Source: Eledone cirrhosa
Lineage: Eukaryota
Assembly (NCBI GenBank): GCA_964016885.1
Contig: OZ024740.1
Coordinates: forward strand, 137,702,001-137,766,000
DNA: 64,000 nucleotides
Direction: 5' to 3'
Positions 55,401 to 64,000 of this stretch are shown piece by piece. The position numbers were made by a program, and so were the translations under genes. The notes beneath the pieces are model-generated. The model was not told the DNA's origin. It saw only the letters and a program-made list of their open reading frames with translations, and made no database searches. Numbering within the stretch: the stretch's first letter is position 1; the number at the start of each line of letters is the position of its first letter.

Positions 55401-58400
55401 GACTTTTCCCCCAATCTCCAATTCTCTCTTTCTCTTATCCCTTTTCTCTCAATCTCCAATTCTCTCTTTCTTTTCTCACTTTTCCCCCAATCTCCAATTC
55501 TCTCTTTCTCTTCACACTTTTCCCCCAATCTCCAATTCTCTCTTTCTCTTATCACCTTTCCCCCAATCTCCAATTCTCTCTTTCTCTTATCCCTTTCCTC
55601 TCAATCTCCAATTCTCTCTTTCTTTTCTCACTTTTCCCCCAATCTCCAATTCTGTATTTCTCTACACACAAATCCCCTAATCTCCAATTCTCTCTTTCAC
55701 TTATCAATTTTCTCTCAATCTCCAATTCTCTCTTTCTCTTATCACTTTTCTCCCAATCTCCAATTCTCTCAATCTCTTATCACTTTTCTCTCAATCTCCA
55801 ATTCCCTCTTTCTCTTATCACTTTTCTCTCAATTTCTAATTCTCTCTTTCTCTTATCACTTTTCTCTCAATCTCCAATTCTCTCTTTCTCTTATCACTTT
55901 TCTCTCAATCTCCAATCCTCTCTTTCTGTTCTCAGTTTACTCCCAATCTCCAATTCTCTCTTTCTCTTATCACTTTACTCTCAATCTCCAATTCTCTCTT
56001 TCTCTTATCACTTTTCCCCCAATCTCCAATTCTCTCTTTCTATTATCACTTTTCTCTCAATCTCCAATTCTCTCTTTCTCTTATCACCTTTCCCCCAATC
56101 TCCAATTCTCTCTTTCTCTTATCACTTTTCTCTCAATCTCCAATTCTCTCTTTCTCTTATCACTTTTATCTCAATCTCCAATTCTCTCTTTCTCTTATCA
56201 CTTTTCTCTCAATCTTCAATTCTCTCTTTCTCTTCTCACTTTTACCCCAATCTCCAATTCTCTCTTTCTCTTATCACTTTTCCTCCAATCTCCAATTCTC
56301 TCTTTCTCTTATCAATTTTCTCTCAATCTCCAATTCTTTCTTTATCTAATCACTTTTCCCCCAATCTCCAATTCTCTCTTTCTCTTATCACTTTTCTCTC
56401 AATCTCCAATTCTCTCTTTCACTTATCAATTTTCCCTCAATCTCCAATTCCCTCTTTCTCTTATCACTTTTCTTTTTCTCTCACTCTCCAATTCTCTCTT
56501 TCTCTTATGTCTTTTCCCCCAATCTCCAATTCTCTCTTTCTCTTATCCCTTTTCTCTCAATCTCCAATTCTCTCTTTCTTTTCTCACTTTTCCCCCAATC
56601 TCCAATTCTCTCTTTCTCTTATCACCTTTCCCCCAATCTCCAATTCTCTCTTCCTCTTATCCCTTTTCTCTCAATCTCCAATTCTCTCTTTCTTTTCTCA
56701 CTTTTCCCCCAATCTCCAATTCTGTATTTCTCTACACACAAATCCCCTAATCTCCAATTCTCTCTTTCACTTATCAATTTTCTCTCAATCTCCAATTCTC
56801 TCTTTCTGTTATCACTTTTCTCTCAATCTCCAATTCTCTCTTTCTCTTATCACTTTTCCCCCCAATCTCCAATTCTCTCTTTCTCTTATCACTTTTCTCT
56901 CACTCTCCAATTCTCTCTTTCTCTTATGACTTTTCCCCCAATCTCCAATTCTCTCTTTCTCTTATCCCTTTTCTCTCAATCTCCAATTCTCTCTTTCTTT
57001 TCTCACTTTTCCCCCAATCTCCAATTCTCTCTTTCTCTTCACACTTTTCCCCCAATCTCCAATTCTCTCTTTCTCTTCACACTTTTCCCCCAATCTCCAA
57101 TTCTCTCTTTCTCTTATCACTTTTCTCTCAATCTCCAATTCTCCTTTTCACTTATCACTTTTTTCTCAATCTCCAATTCTCTCTTTCTCTTATCACTTTT
57201 CTCTCAATCTCCAATTCTCTCTTTCTCTTATCACTTTTCCCCCAATCTCCAATTCTCTCTTTCTGTTATCAATTTTCTCTCAATCTCCAATTCTTTCTTT
57301 CTCTCATCTCTTTTCTCTCAATCTCCAATTCACTCTTTCTCTTATCACTTTTCCCCCATCTCCAATTCTCTCTTTCTCTTATCACTTTTCTCTCACTCTC
57401 CAATTCTCTCTTTCTCTTATGACTTTTCCCCCCATCTCCAATTCTCTCTTTCTCTTATCCCTTTTCTCTCAATCTCCAATTCTCTCTTTCTTTTCTCACT
57501 TTTCCCCCAATCTCCAATTCTGTATTTCTCTACACACAAATCCCCTAATCTCCAATTCTCTCTTTCACTTATCAATTTTCTCTCAATCTCCAATTCTCTC
57601 TTTCTCTTATCACTTTTCTCCCAATCTCCAATTCTCTCAATCTCTTATCACTTTTCTCTCAATCTCTAATTCTCTCTTTCTCTTATCACTTTTCTCTCAA
57701 TCTCCAATTCTCTCTTTCTCTTATCACTTTTCTCTCAATCTCCAATTCTCTCTTTCTCTTATCACTTTTCCCCCAATCTCCAATTCTCTCTTTCTATTAT
57801 CACTTTTCTCTCAATCTCCAATTCTCTCTTTCTCTTATCACCTTTCCCCCAATCTCCAATTCTCTCTTTCTCTTATCACTTTTCTCTCAATCTCCAATTC
57901 TCTCTTTCTCTTATGACTTTTCCCCCAATCTCCAATTCTCTCTTTCTGTTATCAATTTTCTCTCAATCTCCAATTCTTTCTTTCTCTTATCACTTTTCTC
58001 TCAATCTCCAATTCTCTCTTTTTCTTATCACTTTTCCCCCCAATCTCCAATTCTCTCTTTCTCTTATCACTTTTCTCTCACTCTCCAATTCTCTCTTTCT
58101 CTTATGACTTTTCCCCCAATCTCCAATTCTCTCTTTCTCTTATCCCTTTTCTCTCAATCTCCAATTCTCTCTTTCTTTTCTCACTTTTCCCCCAATCTCC
58201 AATTCTCTCTTTCTCTTCACACTTTTCCCCCAATCTCCAATTCTCTCTTTCTCTTATCACCTTTCCCCCAATCTCCAATTCTCTCTTTCTCTTATCCCTT
58301 TCCTCTCAATCTCCAATTCTCTCTTTCTTTTCTCACTTTTCCCCCAATCTCCAATTCTGTATTTCTCTACACACAAATCCCCTAATCTCCAATTCTCTCT

Positions 58401-61400
58401 TTCACTTATCAATTTTCTCTCAATCTCCAATTCTCTCTTTCTCTTATCACTTTTCTCCCAATCTCCAATTCTCTCAATCTCTTATCACTTTTCTCTCAAT
58501 CTCCAATTCCCTCTTTCTCTTATCACTTTTCTCTCAATCTCTAATTCTCTCTTTCTCTTATCACTTTTCTCTCAATCTCCAATTCTCTCTTTCTCTTATC
58601 ACTTTTCTCTCAATCTCCAATCCTCTCTTTCTGTTCTCAGTTTACTCCCAATCTCCAATTCTCTCTTTCTCTTATCACTTTACTCTCAATCTCCAATTCT
58701 CTCTTTCTCTTATCACTTTTCCCCCAATCTCCAATTCTCTCTTTCTATTATCACTTTTCTCTCAATCTCCAATTCTCTCTTTCTCTTATCACCTTTCCCC
58801 CAATCTCCAATTCTCTCTTTCTCTTATCACTTTTCTCTCAATCTCCAATTCTCTCTTTCTCTTATCACTTTTATCTCAATCTCCAATTCTCTCTTTCTCT
58901 TATCACTTTTCTCTCAATCTTCAATTCTCTCTTTCTCTTCTCACTTTTACCCCAATCTCCAATTCTCTCTTTCTCTTATCACTTTTCCTCCAATCTCCAA
59001 TTCTCTCTTTCTCTTATCAATTTTCTCTCAATCTCCAATTCTTTCTTTATCTAATCACTTTTCCCCCAATCTCCAATTCTCTCTTTCTCTTATCCCTTTT
59101 CTCTCAATCTCCAATTCTCTCTTTCTCTTATCAATTTTCCCTCAATCTCCAATTCCCTCTTTCTCTTATCACTTTTCTTTTTCTCTCACTCTCCAATTCT
59201 CTCTTTTTCTTATCACTTTTCCCCCCAATCTCCAATTCTCTCTTTCTCTTATCACTTTTCTCTCACTCTCCAATTCTCTCTTTCTCTTATGACTTTTCCC
59301 CCAATCTCCAATTCTCTCTTTCTCTTATCCCTTTTCTCTCAATCTCCAATTCTCTCTTTCTTTTCTCACTTTTCCCCCAATCTCCAATTCTCTCTTTCTC
59401 TTCACACTTTTCCCCCAATCTCCAATTCTCTCTTTCTCTTATCACCTTTCCCCCAATCTCCAATTCTCTCTTTCTCTTATCCCTTTCCTCTCAATCTCCA
59501 ATTCTCTCTTTCTTTTCTCACTTTTCCCCCAATCTCCAATTCTGTATTTCTCTACACACAAATCCCCTAATCTCCAATTCTCTCTTTCACTTATCAATTT
59601 TCTCTCAATCTCCAATTCTCTCTTTCTCTTATCACTTTTCTCCCAATCTCCAATTCTCTCAATCTCTTATCACTTTTCTTTCAATCTCCAATTCCCTCTT
59701 TCTCTTATCACTTTTCTCTCAATCTCTAATTCTCTCTTTCTCTTATCACTTTTCTCTCAATCTCCAATTCTCTCTTTCTCTTATCACTTTTCTCTCAATC
59801 TCCAATCCTCTCTTTCTGTTCTCAGTTTACTCCCAATCTCCAATTCTCTCTTTCTCTTATCACTTTACTCTCAATCTCCAATTCTCTCTTTCTCTTATCA
59901 CTTTTCCCCCAATCTCCAATTCTCTCTTTCTATTATCACTTTTCTCTCAATCTCCAATTCTCTCTTTCTCTTATCACCTTTCCCCCAATCTCCAATTCTC
60001 TCTTTCTCTTATCACTTTTCTCTCAATCTCCAATTCTCTCTTTCTCTTATCACTTTTATCTCAATCTCCAATTCTCTCTTTCTCTTATCACTTTTCTCTC
60101 AATCTTCAATTCTCTCTTTCTCTTCTCACTTTTACCCCAATCTCCAATTCTCTCTTTCTCTTATCACTTTTCCTCCAATCTCCAATTCTCTCTTTCTCTT
60201 ATCAATTTTCTCTCAATCTCCAATTCTTTATTTATCTAATCACTTTTCCCCCAATCTCCAATTCTCTCTTTCTCTTATCACTTTTCTCTCAATCTCCAAT
60301 TCTCTCTTTCTCTTATCAATTTTCCCTCAATCTCCAATTCCCTCTTTCTCTTATCACTTTTCTTTTTCTCTCACTCTCCAATTCTCTCTTTCTCTTATGT
60401 CTTTTCCCCCAATCTCCAATTCTCTCTTTCTCTTATCCCTTTTCTCTCAATCTCCAATTCTCTCTTTCTTTTCTCACTTTTCCCCCAATCTCCAATTCTC
60501 TCTTTCTCTTATCACCTTTCCCCCAATCTCCAATTCTCTCTTCCTCTTATCCCTTTTCTCTCAATCTCCAATTCTCTCTTTCTTTTCTCACTTTTCCCCC
60601 AATCTCCAATTCTGTATTTCTCTACACACAAATCCCCTAATCTCCAATTCTCTCTTTCACTTATCAATTTTCTCTCAATCTCCAATTCTCTCTTTCTGTT
60701 ATCACTTTTCTCTCAATCTCCAATTCTCTCTTTCTCTTATCACTTTTCCCCCCAATCTCCAATTCTCTCTTTCTCTTATCACTTTTCTCTCACTCTCCAA
60801 TTCTCTCTTTCTCTTATGACTTTTCCCCCAATCTCCAATTCTCTCTTTCTCTTATCCCTTTTCTCTCAATCTCCAATTCTCTCTTTCTTTTCTCACTTTT
60901 CCCCCAATCTCCAATTCTCTCTTTCTCTTCACACTTTTCCCCCAATCTCCAATTCTCTCTTTCTCTTCACACTTTTCCCCCAATCTCCAATTCTCTCTTT
61001 CTCTTATCACTTTTCTCTCAATCTCCAATTCTCCTTTTCACTTATCACTTTTTTCTCAATCTCCAATTCTCTCTTTCTCTTATCACTTTTCTCTCAATCT
61101 CCAATTCTCTCTTTCTCTTATCACTTTTCCCCCAATCTCCAATTCTCTCTTTCTGTTATCAATTTTCTCTCAATCTCCAATTCTTTCTTTCTCTCATCTC
61201 TTTTCTCTCAATCTCCAATTCACTCTTTCTCTTATCACTTTTCCCCCATCTCCAATTCTCTCTTTCTCTTATCACTTTTCTCTCACTCTCCAATTCTCTC
61301 TTTCTCTTATGACTTTTCCCCCCATCTCCAATTCTCTCTTTCTCTTATCCCTTTTCTCTCAATCTCCAATTCTCTCTTTCTTTTCTCACTTTTCCCCCAA

Positions 61401-64000
61401 TCTCCAATTCTCTCTTTCTCTTCACACTTTTCCCCCAATCTCCAATTCTCTCTTTCTCTTATCACCTTTCCCCCAATCTCCAATTCTCTCTTTCTCTTAT
61501 CCCTTTCCTCTCAATCTCCAATTCTCTCTTTCTTTTCTCACTTTTCCCCCAATCTCCAATTCTGTATTTCTCTACACACAAATCCCCTAATCTCCAATTC
61601 TCTCTTTCACTTATCAATTTTCTCTCAATCTCCAATTCTCTCTTTCTCTTATCACTTTTCTCCCAATCTCCAATTCTCTCAATCTCTTATCACTTTTCTC
61701 TCAATCTCTAATTCTCTCTTTCTCTTATCACTTTTCTCTCAATCTCCAATTCTCTCTTTCTCTTATCACTTTTCTCTCAATCTCCAATTCTCTCTTTCTC
61801 TTATCACTTTTCCCCCAATCTCCAATTCTCTCTTTCTATTATCACTTTTCTCTCAATCTCCAATTCTCTCTTTCTCTTATCACCTTTCCCCCAATCTCCA
61901 ATTCTCTCTTTCTCTTATCACTTTTCTCTCAATCTCCAATTCTCTCTTTCTCTTATGACTTTTCCCCCAATCTACAATTCTCTCTTTCTGTTATCAATTT
62001 TCTCTCAATCTCCAATTCTTTCTTTCTCTTATCACTTTTCTCTCAATCTCCAATTCTCTCTTTTTCTTATCACTTTTCCCCCCAATCTCCAATTCTCTCT
62101 TTCTCTTATCACTTTTCTCTCACTCTCCAATTCTCTCTTTCTCTTATGACTTTTCCCCCAATCTCCAATTCTCTCTTTCTCTTATCCCTTTTCTCTCAAT
62201 CTCCAATTCTCTCTTTCTTTTCTCACTTTTCCCCCAATCTCCAATTCTCACTTTCTCTTCACACTTTTCCCCCAATCTCCAATTCTCTCTTTCTCTTATC
62301 ACCTTTCCCCCAATCTCCAATTCTCTCTTTCTCTTATCCCTTTCCTCTCAATCTCCAATTCTCTCTTTCTTTTCTCACTTTTCCCCCAATCTCCAATTCT
62401 GTATTTCTCTACACACAAATCCCCTAATCTCCAATTCTCTCTTTCACTTATCAATTTTCTCTCAATCTCCAATTCTCTCTTTCTCTTATCACTTTTCTCC
62501 CAATCTCCAATTCTCTCAATCTCTTATCACTTTTCTCTCAATCTCCAATTCCCTCTTTCTCTTATCACTTTTCTCTCAATCTCTAATTCTCTCTTTCTCT
62601 TATCACTTTTCTCTCAATCTCCAATTCTCTCTTTCTCTTATCACTTTTCTCTCAATCTCCAATCCTCTCTTTCTGTTCTCAGTTTACTCCCAATCTCCAA
62701 TTCTCTCTTTCTCTTATCACTTTACTCTCAATCTCCAATTCTCTCTTTCTCTTATCACTTTTCCCCCAATCTCCAATTCTCTCTTTCTATTATCACTTTT
62801 CTCTCAATCTCCAATTCTCTCTTTCTCTTATCACCTTTCCCCCAATCTCCAATTCTCTCTTTCTCTTATCACTTTTCTCTCAATCTCCAATTCTCTCTTT
62901 CTCTTATCACTTTTATCTCAATCTCCAATTCTCTCTTTCTCTTATCACTTTTCTCTCAATCTCCAATTCTCTCTTTCTCTTCTCACTTTTACCCCAATCT
63001 CCAATTCTCTCTTTCTCTTATCACTTTTCCTCCAATCTCCAATTCTCTCTTTCTCTTATCAATTTTCTCTCAATCTCCAATTCTTTCTTTATCTAATCAC
63101 TTTTCCCCCAATCTCCAATTCTCTCTTTCTCTTATCACTTTTCTCTCAATCTCCAATTCTCTCTTTCTCTTATCAATTTTCCCTCAATCTCCAATTCCCT
63201 CTTTCTCTTATCACTTTTCTTTTTCTCTCACTCTCCAATTCTCTCTTTCTCTTATGTCTTTTCCCCCAATCTCCAATTCTCTCTTTCTCTTATCCCTTTT
63301 CTCTCAATCTCCAATTCTCTCTTTCTTTTCTCACTTTTCCCCCAATCTCCAATTCTCTCTTTCTCTTCACACTTTTCCCCCAATCTCCAATTCTCTCTTT
63401 CTCTTATCACCTTTCCCCCAATCTCCAATTCTCTCTTCCTCTTATCCCTTTTCTCTCAATCTCCAATTCTCTCTTTCTTTTCTCACTTTTCCCCCAAATT
63501 TCCAATTCTGTATTTCTCTACACACAAATCCCCTAATCTCCAATTCTCTCTTTCACTTATCAATTTTCTCTCAATCTCCAATTCTCTCTTTCTCTTATCA
63601 CTTTTCTCTCAATCTCCAATTCTCTCTTTCTCTTATCACTTTTCCCCCCAATCTCCAATTCTCTCTTTCTCTTATCACTTTTCTCTCACTCTCCAATTCT
63701 CTCTTTCTCTTATGACTTTTCCCCCAATCTCCAATTCTCTCTTTCTCTTATCCCTTTTCTCTCAATCTCCAATTCTCTCTTTCTTTTCTCACTTTTCCCC
63801 CAATCTCCAATTCTCTCTTTCTCTTCACACTTTTCCCCCAATCTCCAATTCTCTCTTTCTCTTCACACTTTTCCCCCAATCTCCAATTCTCTCTTTCTCT
63901 TATCACTTTTCTCTCAATCTCCAATTCTCCTTTTCACTTATCACTTTTTTCTCAATCTCCAATTCTCTCTTTCTCTTATCACTTTTCTCTCAATCTCCAA
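55200..64000. repeat. Family of about 2.7-2.9 kb higher-order units plus one 1185-bp partial copy, marked by a 44-bp monomer
   Basis: Identical ORF translations at 55399, 58104, 59289 and 62146 (spacings 2705, 1185, 2857). Pairs 56507/60397 and 56926/60816 are at offset 3890. TTTTTC insertion at 56473, 59178, 60363 and 63220. Confidence 0.85.

Larger units (their letters stand above)
1..64000. repeat. 38-bp tandem satellite array, about 1,680 monomers, single orientation, truncated by both window edges; consensus AATCTCCAATTCTCTCTTTCTCTTATCACTTTTCTCTC or ...TTTTCCCCC
   Basis: AATCTCCAAT or a close variant recurs every 38 bp (occasionally 37, 39 or 44) from the first line to the last, with no unrelated sequence seen. 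ORF translations repeat with a 38-aa (114-bp, 3-monomer) period. Confidence 0.99.

Noticed and set aside
3421-63540. Telomere motifs CCCTAA and CCCTAAA inside the divergent monomer junction
   Set aside because: They are always single, never tandem, and are produced by one substitution at the CCCCC-AATC junction.
37-63715. Numerous + strand ORFs up to 582 aa (MTFPPISNSLFLLS...) as CDS or membrane proteins
   Set aside because: They are translations of the 38-bp repeat. The unit is not a multiple of 3, all frames give the same peptide cycle, 1-bp indels are tolerated freely, and starts and stops come from sporadic variants.
1-64000. CRISPR array (38-bp period resembles a repeat length)
   Set aside because: There are no unique spacers; monomers abut directly. 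There is no palindromic repeat, leader or cas gene.
1-64000. G-quadruplex or i-motif array from G5/C5 runs
   Set aside because: Runs are at least about 33 nt apart and interrupted by CTCTC-type monomers, far beyond canonical loop lengths.
1-64000. APOBEC-like TC>TG/TT signature or diversity-generating editing of monomers
   Set aside because: Most C residues in the consensus are already in a TC context, and recurrent variants are inherited by duplication rather than arising independently. No reverse transcriptase or template/variable pair is present.
1-64000. Promoters (CCAAT boxes) or splice-acceptor polypyrimidine tracts as discrete regulatory features
   Set aside because: The motifs are intrinsic to every monomer, there is no gene to regulate, and AG dinucleotides are nearly absent on the + strand.
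1-64000. Rolling-circle concatemer or sequencing noise
   Set aside because: Variants recur in exact ordered patterns at multi-kb offsets and change by domain, which random error on one short template would not produce. Individual duplications still need read-level confirmation.

Overview
The whole 64 kb window is one uninterrupted head-to-tail tandem array (satellite DNA) of a 38-bp monomer, consensus AATCTCCAATTCTCTCTTTCTCTTATCACTTTTC(T/C)C(T/C)C, about 1,680 copies (64000/38), all in one orientation and running off both ends. The + strand consensus has no G and is 84% pyrimidine (32/38). I see no genuine genes, RNA genes, transposons, CRISPR spacers or unique sequence. All ORFs in the track are explained by the repeat. 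The information lies in the order of monomer variants. There are two main monomer types (ending CTCTC or CCCCC), recurring multi-monomer 'words', diagnostic variants confined to sub-domains, and a series of near-identical local tandem duplications whose unit length changes along the array (about 1441, 3950, 1859, 2084, 2354, 1974, 1141, 1785-2203 and 2705-3890 bp). This looks like a recently and repeatedly expanded eukaryotic satellite. Taxon, function (centromeric, subtelomeric or other) and novelty cannot be determined from the sequence alone. Block boundaries were read by eye and are approximate; offsets come from the ORF track and marker positions.
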